Sequence record: OU343167.1
Direction: 5' to 3' (one strand)
DNA length: 64,000 bases
Part shown: positions 9,904-19,462 of the stretch, piece by piece
Layout of the letters: every line of letters starts with the position of its first letter
Numbering within the stretch: position 1 is the first letter of the stretch
Program-made: the position numbers and the translations under genes
Notes under the pieces: model-generated
Database searches by the model: none
Told to the model about the DNA's origin: nothing
What the model saw: only the letters and a program-made list of their open reading frames with translations

Positions 9904-10464
9904 ATGCAATCCAACAGTATCCGTAATCAAATCCTCGTTATGACCGATGACCCTGCTACCAGCCTGGCTATTCGCAATGTGCTTTCTAATGGGTTGACAT
10001 CTCTTGGTCTTAACCACGAAGTAATGCACACCGGTCGTGAAGACTATGATAATCTTGATCCTGCTGTAATCTTGAGTAAGTTCAAAGAAGATGATTATCA
10101 TCTAACTGTCAGTGAGCACGCTATTCATCCATGTGGCACTAAGGTGTCCCCACCTGTGAACAATGCGATCAACCCGCTCTGGAGTAAAGAACTCCGAATC
10201 TCCGTGCTGGGCGGTACCCATCGCGGTAAGTCGATCCTGTGTCAAGTGATTTACCACATTCTGGTACAACACCTGAAACTGATTGATGCTAACAAGTTCA
10301 CTCTGCGTGATATCGACGGTCCTCGTTTCGCTTTCGAGAGTCCTCTTGATACAGAGCATTGGCCTGCGGCAGCTGAAGCTATTAGTCGTTGGGGTATCGA
10401 TCTGCGTTCGGTGTTCCTGGAATCTACCCAGAGTCTCGATCCGATCCTGCGTCGGTCCATCTGA
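9904..10464 (+). CDS. hypothetical protein with P-loop-like motif
   Basis: start moved to MQSNS; RISVLGGTHRGKS resembles Walker A. Confidence 0.7.
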   Translation: MQSNSIRNQILVMTDDPATSLAIRNVLSNGLTSLGLNHEVMHTGREDYDNLDPAVILSKFKEDDYHLTVSEHAIHPCGTKVSPPVNNAINPLWSKELRISVLGGTHRGKSILCQVIYHILVQHLKLIDANKFTLRDIDGPRFAFESPLDTEHWPAAAEAISRWGIDLRSVFLESTQSLDPILRRSI

Positions 10465-10469
10465 ATCAC

Positions 10470-10487
10470 GGGGAGCTTCGGCTCCCC
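10470..10487 (+). terminator. Intrinsic terminator
   Basis: GGGGAGC-TTCG-GCTCCCC then T-rich. Confidence 0.8.
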
Positions 10488-10526
10488 TTGTTCTTTATTT
10501 TTTTGTATTTAAACGTTTTAAAAACC

Positions 10527-10534
10527 TACATTAC
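10527..10534 (+). promoter_or_regulatory. early promoter variant TACATTAC
   Basis: TTTAAAAACC-TACATTAC after terminator, same context as other copies. Confidence 0.55.
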
Positions 10535-10606
10535 CAATTTGATATTCGTAGAGATATCATTCAAATACGTAAAGAAGATCATCGATAGTCCATAGAGGAA
10601 TGTTCC

Positions 10607-11011
10607 ATGAATACCGAAATCCAAACCAGCGTACATATCACCATTCTGCAACGCATTGCAGAAGCTGTATTCGTTTACTATAATAACGCTTTCCGTCGTG
10701 AAGCTGCTAATGCCCTCCCCACTGTTGAGGTTGGTGACGCTACTGTTACCTTCCATCATCGCTCCGTTGATCGTCGCCTGAGCTATGTCGTTGCTGAGGT
10801 AAAGGTATCTGATCGTCTGTGGAACGTCGTACAGGAATATAGCTATGGCGTCCCTGGTGGCATTGACTTCCAACTAGTTGGAGATACAGTTTCTGATGAC
10901 ATCATTTCGGATATGGAAGAAGTGAACAGTTTGTTTACAGAGGCAGTTGCATATTGTTCCTCTAACTTCGATCAATACGGTAAACCTATCACGGTTAAAA
11001 CTAAAGTCTAA
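10607..11011 (+). CDS. hypothetical protein
   Basis: AGAGGA RBS. Confidence 0.75.
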   Translation: MNTEIQTSVHITILQRIAEAVFVYYNNAFRREAANALPTVEVGDATVTFHHRSVDRRLSYVVAEVKVSDRLWNVVQEYSYGVPGGIDFQLVGDTVSDDIISDMEEVNSLFTEAVAYCSSNFDQYGKPITVKTKV

Positions 11012-11047
11012 CTGTTTCTTCTAACCCTCATTGCAAGGATTTAATTT

Positions 11048-11386
11048 ATGGATACCGATAAGCGTTATCAAGAGCTGTGGAAGAAAACAATAGTCATGGT
11101 TGTCACCGATACGGTCATGTCGCATCCAAGTTGCTTGGATAAAGAGCATGTACATTTCTGCGATGGGACGCAGGTGATAATCGGTGATACCAGTTTTGAT
11201 CCGGAAGTAAAAACCTGGACAATCGCCGTAGGTACCGGTCCTGGTATCCTTCACTTCGATGTGACCGTTCATGACGGTGGCGTAATAATTAATGACTACG
11301 CTAGTCGCGGTTGTATCGAATCTGCTGAGCTATACCGTGACTGTGCACAGGTTCTTGTGAAATGGGCCGAGTATGTAACTCGATAA
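11048..11386 (+). CDS. hypothetical protein
   Basis: AAGGA RBS. Confidence 0.75.
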   Translation: MDTDKRYQELWKKTIVMVVTDTVMSHPSCLDKEHVHFCDGTQVIIGDTSFDPEVKTWTIAVGTGPGILHFDVTVHDGGVIINDYASRGCIESAELYRDCAQVLVKWAEYVTR

Positions 11387-11396
11387 GGAAAAAGTA

Positions 11397-11789
11397 ATGG
11401 ATCAAGAATTCCATCGCCTTCGTCGTAATGAACTTTATATCCTTGAACACGATGCAATCTCAATGGCATTGTTCAGGTTCATTCTCGATAAAGTTACACC
11501 AGAGAAGCTTCCATATATCCTCAACAACATCACTGGTCCAGATAACCACTCGGTTGATGTGAGGATTGATTGGAAATCTGAAGCACCAGAACGTTTCATC
11601 GTCCATATCACGGCAACTCGTGACAAAGAGACATCTTGGATCGAATATGAATTCGACATAGACTGCATGAACCATTTGACGATCTTTAAGAAATATCGTC
11701 AAGGAAGTCGCTCTGAGGGTTGGATGAGAAGTCTTCTTCATGAAGTGCTTCGCTACGTAGCCCAGAACTGCGATGCATTAAAAGCTTAA
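11397..11789 (+). CDS. hypothetical protein
   Basis: TAAGGA RBS. Confidence 0.75.
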   Translation: MDQEFHRLRRNELYILEHDAISMALFRFILDKVTPEKLPYILNNITGPDNHSVDVRIDWKSEAPERFIVHITATRDKETSWIEYEFDIDCMNHLTIFKKYRQGSRSEGWMRSLLHEVLRYVAQNCDALKA

Positions 11790-11792
11790 GGT

Positions 11793-11828
11793 GCATAAAG
11801 CCCTCTCCTTCGGGAGAGGGCACTCTAT
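11793..11828. terminator. Palindromic terminator family copy
   Basis: GCATAAAG-CCCTCTCC-TTCG-GGAGAGGG-C. Confidence 0.85.
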
Positions 11829-11898
11829 CTTTTTCTTTACCGTTAAAGATTATCTCAGATCTACATCATGTAGATGATCATGAACTCATTACTAGGAG

Positions 11899-12378
11899 GT
11901 GTCCATGATAGAACTACATCCTATTTTGGAGTCGGTTGTACTTACAGCCATCCGTTCTTCTACCATGGCATGCGGTAGAGCGGACGAGCTTGAAGAGGAA
12001 TATAGGGCATTCTTTGCCGAGCCTCAATTTAAGCGCCGGATTCCAATTAAAGATAAGAAACATTGGTTCACAGTTGAAAGTGGTCAACAATTCCTTTATC
12101 GTGAACACGTGCTTGATTTAATGAGCGGTGTGGACGATGAGGATGATGATGACCTCGATGATACCCTAGACGAAGAGGATATGTCCAAACTTCGATTCTA
12201 TCAATTGCAGATTGAAGATGGTCCGATCTATTATGGTTCATTCGATCCGCTTGATCTAATCGATCTTGAAGATGCATATGAAACGGGTATTCTCCAAACT
12301 AAAACTTGGATGGACGTAATTCTCGTTAATTGTGGATTCTTTGTTGATCCTAACGAGAAGATCCTTTTTCCTCAATAG
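11899..12378 (+). CDS. hypothetical protein with acidic tract
   Basis: AGGAGG RBS; DDEDDDDLDDTLDEED. Confidence 0.75.
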   Translation: MSMIELHPILESVVLTAIRSSTMACGRADELEEEYRAFFAEPQFKRRIPIKDKKHWFTVESGQQFLYREHVLDLMSGVDDEDDDDLDDTLDEEDMSKLRFYQLQIEDGPIYYGSFDPLDLIDLEDAYETGILQTKTWMDVILVNCGFFVDPNEKILFPQ

Positions 12379-12401
12379 TACTAACGCTTAACGTGGAGTA
12401 A

Positions 12402-13010
12402 ATGATGGATATTGTAGCAGAAGCATATCAGCAAGTTAAAGCTATCTTGGATACTCGCATCCCGTCGAACGTGCTTCCGCTATGGAAAGGGCATCACACA
12501 GTAGAGTTAGCAGCAGCTATTGGCGTAGGTTATACGGTCGGTTCTGGTGAACGACGTAAAGGTTCTGGGCTACCGGTATGGACGCATTTACACAATGCAG
12601 CATCCATCGGTAAAATGTTTGGGCTTGGTCCTGGCGAACAGGCTGCCTTGTGGTTACATGACATCGTCGAAGATAGTAGCTGGACTCTCGATGACGTTCT
12701 AACTCATTTCACGCCGTATATCACCAAACTTGTACAAGGTTTAACGCAGCCGAATTTTGATGCTCCTCGGAAAGTTCGAATCGATGCGTATCATCGGCAA
12801 TTAGAAGAATGTTGTGACGTTACACAGACGTGCAAACTTATTGAATCTCTCACCAACGTGTATGTCATCGTTGATGATGCTCCTAAGTTTGCGCCCGTCT
12901 TCCTCAAAGAGAAATTGGACCTCTATAATCGAATGACTAAAGCTCATCCGGTAGTAAGAGATGTATTCAAGATTTTCTTAGACGAGGCATTTGCTAAACT
13001 GGAGGCTTAA
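12402..13010 (+). CDS. HD-domain protein, small alarmone hydrolase (SpoT/Mesh1)-like
   Basis: RRKGSGLPVWTH, AALWLHDIVEDS, ITKLVQGLT, KLIESLTN: pattern of RelA/SpoT-type HD hydrolases. Confidence 0.75.
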   Translation: MMDIVAEAYQQVKAILDTRIPSNVLPLWKGHHTVELAAAIGVGYTVGSGERRKGSGLPVWTHLHNAASIGKMFGLGPGEQAALWLHDIVEDSSWTLDDVLTHFTPYITKLVQGLTQPNFDAPRKVRIDAYHRQLEECCDVTQTCKLIESLTNVYVIVDDAPKFAPVFLKEKLDLYNRMTKAHPVVRDVFKIFLDEAFAKLEA

Positions 13011-13282
13011 TGTCATACTACCTTGCTTTTATAGTTGGTATAGTAACCGCCTATATCTCTGCTTATCATGAGAGTGTAGCGATAGTTATGTTCATAGGTA
13101 CATCCATCTGGTTCTACCTTTATATACAACTGGAAGCACGTGGTATTTGGAAAGATATTTTCAAATGGTCACCCGTGTGGTATAAACGTTGGGTAATTGG
13201 ACATAACTTTTTGATGCCATGCGTATTCGCTATATGGATTGGCTATCTGGTTGGTCCAATTGTAGAGTCGTATGCTATCTAA
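13010..13282 (+). CDS. hypothetical membrane protein
   Basis: three hydrophobic segments. Confidence 0.7.
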   Translation: MSYYLAFIVGIVTAYISAYHESVAIVMFIGTSIWFYLYIQLEARGIWKDIFKWSPVWYKRWVIGHNFLMPCVFAIWIGYLVGPIVESYAI

Positions 13283-13314
13283 ACATAGTCCTCCCTTCGG
13301 GGAGGACTTTATGT
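13283..13314. terminator. Palindromic terminator family copy
   Basis: ACATAGTCCTCCC-TTCG-GGGAGGACTTTATGT. Confidence 0.85.
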
Positions 13315-13389
13315 TGGATGGATATTACATTTAAAACATTTGAATCACTACATAACAAACTTGACATATACTCAAAAGAGGTTAAGGAG

Positions 13390-13746
13390 ATGAAACGCTA
13401 TATAATCGCTTTTCTGATCATGATGTTTACTGGTTGCCAACCATCGTTCGCTGAACGTGATCAACAGATAACCGAAAAATCCTGTAAGATCGCTGTATCT
13501 ATGTCCCGCGATGTTATCAAGATCTTTCGGAATGGCGGCGACCAGTTCCAAGCAATGTCTTATTTGAATAAGCGTATGGGTGACACCGATAACGATGATA
13601 TTCGTACTGGGGCCATCTATGCACAAGTTCTTGTAATAGATATTAAACGCAACATAACTAAACGTTTTCCTGATAAAGATATTATCCAGGCGATAATCGA
13701 AAGTTGTGAAGCTAACGTGGGTTACAAATTCGCAGGGAGTAAATGA
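13390..13746 (+). CDS. hypothetical exported protein
   Basis: AAGGAG RBS; signal-peptide-like MKRYIIAFLIMMFTGC. Confidence 0.75.
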   Translation: MKRYIIAFLIMMFTGCQPSFAERDQQITEKSCKIAVSMSRDVIKIFRNGGDQFQAMSYLNKRMGDTDNDDIRTGAIYAQVLVIDIKRNITKRFPDKDIIQAIIESCEANVGYKFAGSK

Positions 13747-14198
13747 ATATGTTCGTCCGTCTTATTGTAGGTTTTGTAATGCTGATGGTGTTGAGTGTAG
13801 CCAATGCTGCACCGCCGCCTAAAGGTTTCATGCGGGATACCCGTGTGGTCGATGTAGAGCTTTGTGAAAAAGTTGAGATCATCGCAACTGCTCTCGCTAT
13901 TGACAACATGAAAAGTAATGTAAGTGTTCGTGATCTCTCGCAACAGGTCGTTACCGCTCTTTTGAACAACGAAACAAAAGATCCGACAAGTTGGGCAGTA
14001 TTCCACTACATTGCAGTTTATTCACCAACCCTGCATAATAACCTTTATAGTAAAACCTACCGCCTTAATTGGCTTAACCTAAAAGGTAATCTCAGTCAGT
14101 ATCCTGACTTTATCGGTGGTGCCACTTATCTCGATTGTAAGGAAGCCATCGGTACTAAGTTCGAATACCTTCGTCCCATCAATGGACGCGCCCTCTAA
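13743..14198 (+). CDS. hypothetical exported protein
   Basis: signal peptide ..VMLMVLSVANA. Confidence 0.75.
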   Translation: MNMFVRLIVGFVMLMVLSVANAAPPPKGFMRDTRVVDVELCEKVEIIATALAIDNMKSNVSVRDLSQQVVTALLNNETKDPTSWAVFHYIAVYSPTLHNNLYSKTYRLNWLNLKGNLSQYPDFIGGATYLDCKEAIGTKFEYLRPINGRAL

Positions 14199-14212
14199 AT
14201 TAAGGAGATCCC

Positions 14213-14662
14213 ATGAAATACGTAGCTGCTTTCGTTCTTATGTTCTTCTCTTTCGCTGTTAATGCGAATAATTACCTTGCGTTGAACGATGACGTTTGCG
14301 CACTGGTATATCAAACCAGTATTGTTGTAGGTAATCAGATCGAAGAGAAAAACGCCAATTCCGATCAGGCTTCTATTGCCGTTCAGAATGCGTACTGGAC
14401 TCTCTGGAACAAAGCAAAAGATATGCCTAAAACCATGGAGTACGAAATCACCGCGAATCTTACTGCGCTGTGGTATATCAAAGATAAGATCGTTAACTTC
14501 CATGTCGATATCACTCGGTATAGGGAACAGTTTGGTCCTAACGGCTTTAATGGAATGACCGCTACTGATCGTGCTGCGGAAAGGCTTTTCTCTGCATGCA
14601 GGATGAGTAAGAGTTTTGATCCTAAACCGTTTACTGTACCTAATCCAGCAGATAAGAAATAA
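14213..14662 (+). CDS. hypothetical exported protein
   Basis: signal peptide MKYVAAFVLMFFSFAVNA; AAGGAG RBS. Confidence 0.8.
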   Translation: MKYVAAFVLMFFSFAVNANNYLALNDDVCALVYQTSIVVGNQIEEKNANSDQASIAVQNAYWTLWNKAKDMPKTMEYEITANLTALWYIKDKIVNFHVDITRYREQFGPNGFNGMTATDRAAERLFSACRMSKSFDPKPFTVPNPADKK

Positions 14663-14664
14663 AT

Positions 14665-14698
14665 GCATATGCCCTCTCCTTCGGGAGAGGGCTGTATG
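14665..14698. terminator. Palindromic terminator family copy
   Basis: GCATAT-GCCCTCTCC-TTCG-GGAGAGGGC-TGTATG. Confidence 0.85.
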
Positions 14699-14719
14699 TA
14701 CTAAAATTTTTTTCAGATC

Positions 14720-14727
14720 TATATTAC
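14720..14727 (+). promoter_or_regulatory. early promoter core TATATTAC
   Basis: TTTCAGATC-TATATTAC after terminator. Confidence 0.7.
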
Positions 14728-14757
14728 GTATTTGCTGAATCCATAAGGACTTTACAA

Positions 14758-14928
14758 ATGACGTATAAGAGGAAACAGTCTATCTGGTTAATGATAATTG
14801 GACTAGTCGTCTTTGTCATTATTGCCTGTATCTACACGAAGAAACACGCTGAACGTCAAGTTGAGCAATGTAAAAAATATCCCCTTTCTTGTCAAGAGGT
14901 AGTTACACATGTCCAGTCGTTCCGCTGA
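14758..14928 (+). CDS. small single-TM protein (below ORF-track cutoff)
   Basis: hand-translated 56 aa MTYKRKQSIWLMIIGLVVFVIIACIYTKK..; AAGGA RBS; first gene after early promoter. Confidence 0.65.
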   Translation: MTYKRKQSIWLMIIGLVVFVIIACIYTKKHAERQVEQCKKYPLSCQEVVTHVQSFR

Positions 14929-15103
14929 TCGTCTTCAAGTACTTGTAAATGGTGGTAAATCGGTTATCGCTACAAACCCAGATATCGCAAAACGTATCAC
15001 CAGTCTTGAGATAGGTTGGGAAGAACGTTCTGGTGAATTACTTCCCACTGTAAAAATTACATTCCGAGATCCAGAACCTTTGAGGGGTGGTGTAATTGGC
15101 TAA
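14909..15103 (+). CDS. hypothetical protein
   Basis: GAGG RBS. Confidence 0.65.
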   Translation: MSSRSADRLQVLVNGGKSVIATNPDIAKRITSLEIGWEERSGELLPTVKITFRDPEPLRGGVIG

Positions 15104-15590
15104 CAAGATCGCAATAATCCACGGTACATGGATGCCTGATCCAGATAATGAGACCGGCTGGGAACTCGCTGTCGTTCCGCTTGTTCAGACGTATTGCAAT
15201 TCAAATTGTACTCGTTATATCCCTGGTGGTCAATTCAGTCTGATTAATCTGACTGATGATACTGTTCTCGATAAGGCTATTAATAACTCAATGTCATTTA
15301 CGCATGACATTGAAACCTTTATCAAGGTAACAAATAAACCAGGTATTCATCGAATGACACCTGTTCCTAAAACAGGTAGTATCACCATGCATAATCTCGG
15401 CCAGTTGGACGATGGAGGTGAAGAGTATGATGTTTACCTGATGATCCCAAGTAATATTAATGCCGCTCTTAAAGACCGGTGTTTTGAATGGGAAGGGATG
15501 TACTTACTGAGAGACATCGAGGTTGAAGAAGATGAGCTGTTGGAATTGGCTACCTTGGAACTTCTCAAGCAAGTCCGCTTCGGTGAATGA
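15096..15590 (+). CDS. hypothetical protein
   Basis: packed ORF, TTG start. Confidence 0.7.
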   Translation: MANKIAIIHGTWMPDPDNETGWELAVVPLVQTYCNSNCTRYIPGGQFSLINLTDDTVLDKAINNSMSFTHDIETFIKVTNKPGIHRMTPVPKTGSITMHNLGQLDDGGEEYDVYLMIPSNINAALKDRCFEWEGMYLLRDIEVEEDELLELATLELLKQVRFGE

Positions 15591-15978
15591 CTCAAATGTC
15601 ACGTCACTAAATAAAAAAGAGTTATCTTTTATGCTTCGAGATAGAACCATTGTCATAGATTCTAAAGAAGAGTTCTATGACAAATATGTTCGCTACATGA
15701 CAACTCAAATTCTTCGGGATATCCGTTCTGAAATGGAATTGGATGATTATGGTGGAAATTACGCGAACGTAAAATATGATTCGTCTGGAGCAGCCTGGTT
15801 CGAAATACATGTATCCCACATACTCACAAAAGAGTTAAAACTCTCTCTAAGAGAAGCAATGGGTAAGCATGGTTGGTTAATTGAAATCATTGATGAGGCT
15901 AGCCCTACTAATGAAACAGGTGAGTCAATTGTGACCCGTATTAAAATCTATCTCACTCATGGAGAGCTTGTCCGATGA
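15583..15978 (+). CDS. hypothetical protein
   Basis: packed ORF; start uncertain. Confidence 0.65.
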   Translation: MNDSNVTSLNKKELSFMLRDRTIVIDSKEEFYDKYVRYMTTQILRDIRSEMELDDYGGNYANVKYDSSGAAWFEIHVSHILTKELKLSLREAMGKHGWLIEIIDEASPTNETGESIVTRIKIYLTHGELVR

Positions 15979-16319
15979 CCCTTGGTATTTCAAAATCGCT
16001 TCTGGAAGATGCAATCAAAACTCTCCGGATGGAAACCGACAATTGTTCTATTCCGACAAAAAGTGAAGTTATTGCGATGCTGGTAGAACGCCAGGCTAAT
16101 GAAGTCTGTGCAAGCATCCGTAAAAAGATCCTTGAAGATCTACCTGGTTTCAATAACTTCCATTATGTCAGAAACTATGAGATTGTTGTCGAACATAAAG
16201 ACGACATTGCTTTGTCTGTAAAGAAAGTTGTTAAAGCGCGGTTGAAAGAAGCAGGATGGACGAAGGTAGAGTTCTGCGAACATAGTTGCGGTATTACAAA
16301 GATCAGGATCAAGCTATGA
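15975..16319 (+). CDS. hypothetical protein
   Basis: LKEAGWTKV motif resembling 21233-21640. Confidence 0.7.
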   Translation: MTLGISKSLLEDAIKTLRMETDNCSIPTKSEVIAMLVERQANEVCASIRKKILEDLPGFNNFHYVRNYEIVVEHKDDIALSVKKVVKARLKEAGWTKVEFCEHSCGITKIRIKL

Positions 16320-16738
16320 AAAACACCCGTTTAGTAGAAGTGGCTAAACATGCCTATTGTTTAATCGGTGGTCTGCCTGAGCCAGAAGACCTTGATGAAA
16401 ATGAAAAAGAATACTGGGCGACTATACCGAGTGAAGACATCAAACTTGCTTCACATTGGAAACTCGTATCTACCGGTCCTCTTTACGACCTCCTGATGAA
16501 GTTTAGTAAAATAGACCACGATCGAGTTAACCCTTATCCGGGTGGTCCCACTCTTAACACCGATGAACTTGAAACATTCAGGATTCCAGGTGAAGATGAG
16601 GGTGCTTTGATTTGGCGTGATGTCTGTATCACGTGGTACAAACGACCAGGGCGTTGCATGTGTGCTTCAAGGGATCTCACCGATGAAGAACTCGTGCAAC
16701 TAGAACAAGAACTCAACAAAGCGATCGAAAAACCATGA
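16316..16738 (+). CDS. hypothetical protein
   Basis: ATGA overlap. Confidence 0.7.
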   Translation: MKNTRLVEVAKHAYCLIGGLPEPEDLDENEKEYWATIPSEDIKLASHWKLVSTGPLYDLLMKFSKIDHDRVNPYPGGPTLNTDELETFRIPGEDEGALIWRDVCITWYKRPGRCMCASRDLTDEELVQLEQELNKAIEKP

Positions 16739-17103
16739 CCGTATATTTCGAAGGCACTGGTGAACCGCGCGCAGCCACGTTCAGTGAAGTACGTGATCTG
16801 TTTATAGACGCGGTGAATAGTAAACGAGATGAAATTCTCGCTGAAGCTGAACAAGGTAAGTATGAGGCATACGTCAATCCGAATGCTGCCATGGCGGATG
16901 ATATTGTCTCCGGTGTACTCGGTGTGATTGAAGGTAACCATCCCGACTGTCCCGGTTTTTCACTCATTCCTAAGGTGGGTGAAGAAGAAAAAGCCGAAGC
17001 TATTGAAGCAGGTGGAAACTGGATTCCATTCGCATCTGAAGATGTGGAAGCAATCGATATTTCCGATGGGGTAGTTGATTATTTCAAATTGGTAAACAGC
17101 TAA
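16735..17103 (+). CDS. hypothetical acidic protein
   Basis: ATGA overlap. Confidence 0.75.
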   Translation: MTVYFEGTGEPRAATFSEVRDLFIDAVNSKRDEILAEAEQGKYEAYVNPNAAMADDIVSGVLGVIEGNHPDCPGFSLIPKVGEEEKAEAIEAGGNWIPFASEDVEAIDISDGVVDYFKLVNS

Positions 17104-17603
17104 TGAACTACAGTATCATCGAAGCTCCCATTCTTGTGAAGATGTCCCTACGTTCGATCATAGAGAACAAACTTTACGAACAATCCGGTTCACTCTGTCG
17201 TTATATCAAAACCATTCTGAAAAATGGTACCGTGAGACGTTACCGTGTGGTAATGGCGATCGATGATACTGATGGTGCACTGGTTGGTTATATCTTGCAC
17301 AATACTGGCCGTCGTAATCTCTGTATGTTCTACGTTAAACCCGAATTCCGGCGAAAAGGCGTCGGTTCAGGTATGGTGAAAGAACTACGACGATTGACTG
17401 GTTCAAAACTTCTACGTGGTTATTATGGTTTCCATGGATACCAACATTTCTACGAGAAGCATTACATCTACCAAGTCGATGCTGACTTCACGACTGAAGA
17501 AACTAAACGCATTCTGAGGGGTGAAGTTAAAGCATCATCCATTCTGAAATACCGGCAACACAAACTACGTCTTAAAACCAAACAACTTGTAGGAGAAGCT
17601 TAA
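17103..17603 (+). CDS. GNAT-family acetyltransferase
   Basis: motif A FYVKPEFRRKGVGSGMV. Confidence 0.75.
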   Translation: MNYSIIEAPILVKMSLRSIIENKLYEQSGSLCRYIKTILKNGTVRRYRVVMAIDDTDGALVGYILHNTGRRNLCMFYVKPEFRRKGVGSGMVKELRRLTGSKLLRGYYGFHGYQHFYEKHYIYQVDADFTTEETKRILRGEVKASSILKYRQHKLRLKTKQLVGEA

Positions 17604-17893
17604 TGGCTACTCAACTGATTGGCGCTGCTGTAGAAGTACGTACCGAGGCAATTGAACTGTTCAAGAACAAAGTTCGTGAACTCAGTAAAGATGACACCAA
17701 CGACGGCAATGATGTTCTTTGCGGGGCAGCTGCTGCCGCTATTGACTATGCGGTGGGTGGTGTTCTCGACGCTGTTGAAAACCATTACGAGGATATCATC
17801 ACTGGGTCTACCGACCACGATGAAGACCCTGGTGTGAATCTCACTTGTGTCTCCGGGCTCTCGGAAACCTACTTCGAGTCCGTGAATACCTGA
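17603..17893 (+). CDS. hypothetical protein
   Basis: AGGAG RBS, overlap. Confidence 0.75.
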   Translation: MATQLIGAAVEVRTEAIELFKNKVRELSKDDTNDGNDVLCGAAAAAIDYAVGGVLDAVENHYEDIITGSTDHDEDPGVNLTCVSGLSETYFESVNT

Positions 17894-18234
17894 TGAAGGT
17901 TCCTTCGTTAGATTGGAACGATCCAGACCTTGACTCCTTGCTCCGAGTGAGTGGGGAGTTTTCTGCCGTTGTTATCGACCTTGAGAAATCCATTATCAAT
18001 GTCGGTGTTGCAATGTTAAATGATCTTCTGGATAAAGCAACGGTTGACGTGGTTGACAAGACGGGTATAGCTGAAGGACCTGTCCGTGAATGGCTCACTG
18101 ACTTTGCTTACAAGCTCGGTGACATTAACCTCTCTGCTGTGAAAATGGTGGAGAACCATTCTCTGGATACTTCAGCTGCTAGTCACGTTGTGGGTTCCAT
18201 CTACTCCTATCACTACGACAGGGTTAACACATGA
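17893..18234 (+). CDS. hypothetical protein
   Basis: TGATG overlap. Confidence 0.7.
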   Translation: MKVPSLDWNDPDLDSLLRVSGEFSAVVIDLEKSIINVGVAMLNDLLDKATVDVVDKTGIAEGPVREWLTDFAYKLGDINLSAVKMVENHSLDTSAASHVVGSIYSYHYDRVNT

Positions 18235-18446
18235 GTGATCCGGCTAACGCTCTTATCGAGTATTACGCATCTCGTGGTCTTAGTGGCGTAATGGCTACAC
18301 ATGAACTACATACACAGATCAATGGCGATCACATCATCTTCGGTGGTGGTTGGACCGAGACAACAGAGAAAGCAGCATCATCGCTAAGGCGGCGAATGAA
18401 GCGTAGTTCCATAACCGAGGTGAATGTATGGAAGAAGCGAAAGTAG
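18231..18446 (+). CDS. hypothetical protein
   Basis: ATGA overlap. Confidence 0.65.
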   Translation: MSDPANALIEYYASRGLSGVMATHELHTQINGDHIIFGGGWTETTEKAASSLRRRMKRSSITEVNVWKKRK

Positions 18447-18763
18447 AATACCCCTACCATGATAACGAATTTCAGAGCGGGAAAACAAAATTCCTACAAG
18501 ATGAAATTCGCGAACGGGTAGACGGCATCATCAATGAAGGTTTCGCTGATATTTCATATAACGGCGAAGGACGAATGATGTCTAAACTCTTCACTGATAC
18601 TGCAAGAAAAGCTGCTTTGGCTACTATCGATGCTATTCAGACTCATGGTCAAATCATGATCGTCGGTAGTGATGTGTACGATGAAGAGGGTAAAATCCGC
18701 CTCACTAGTACGCCGTGGTATCCTGATCTCACGCAATCTCTTTTTGAGGGAGTTAACACGTGA
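18428..18763 (+). CDS. hypothetical protein
   Basis: GAGGTG RBS. Confidence 0.7.
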   Translation: MEEAKVEYPYHDNEFQSGKTKFLQDEIRERVDGIINEGFADISYNGEGRMMSKLFTDTARKAALATIDAIQTHGQIMIVGSDVYDEEGKIRLTSTPWYPDLTQSLFEGVNT

Positions 18764-19104
18764 CTGATACGAAAGATGATTGTCCCTTTAAACCTACAAA
18801 AGAGTGGTTAAGAGCAAATGACTTATTCCTCCAAGAGTTTTCAGAAACTCATGAAACGTTCAGCCGAGAAAATGTGCTCCGTTACACGGACGCTGCACAA
18901 CAAGACGCGTTCGATGAAGGAATTAAAGAAGGTATCCTTCTGGCCCTTCGGTTCCTGAGTTCAGGTAACTATCGTTGCTCCAGGTATTATGACTCTAAGC
19001 TCAAGCGGAGTAAATCTGTAACTGATCGCGCTGTTGGTGTTAGGCTTATTTCTGATAATAACAATACCTTAGCAGATCGATATTTCAAACACATTAATCA
19101 ATGA
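18760..19104 (+). CDS. hypothetical protein
   Basis: GTGA overlap. Confidence 0.7.
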   Translation: MTDTKDDCPFKPTKEWLRANDLFLQEFSETHETFSRENVLRYTDAAQQDAFDEGIKEGILLALRFLSSGNYRCSRYYDSKLKRSKSVTDRAVGVRLISDNNNTLADRYFKHINQ

Positions 19105-19111
19105 GGTAAGT

Positions 19112-19462
19112 ATGCATAATCTAAACATCGTTATTATTGGTAGTCCATTCCTCTATGGAATCCTCACACTGATTTCGATTGGTCTGGCGGGATGGATTCT
19201 GTTCTCTAAAAAGAACTGGGTAAAACAACTTGGTTTTGCAAAACGCTTCCTCATCGCTTTGGTCATCGTAATCTTCTTCCAATTGTCGCTGCTTCAAATT
19301 ACCACTCCGGTGAAACAATCAGCGGTAACTCGATTCGATGCACCTATTGTTGATCAAACATCGATCCCGGAAAAAGTTACCAAACCTCAAGATAATGTGT
19401 CGAAAGCCCAACTCTCTTTTGACGAACAACTCAAGAAATCTAAACAGGAAAACGCGCAATGA
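19112..19462 (+). CDS. two-TM membrane protein, SPFH partner
   Basis: two hydrophobic helices; overlaps SPFH gene. Confidence 0.75.
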   Translation: MHNLNIVIIGSPFLYGILTLISIGLAGWILFSKKNWVKQLGFAKRFLIALVIVIFFQLSLLQITTPVKQSAVTRFDAPIVDQTSIPEKVTKPQDNVSKAQLSFDEQLKKSKQENAQ

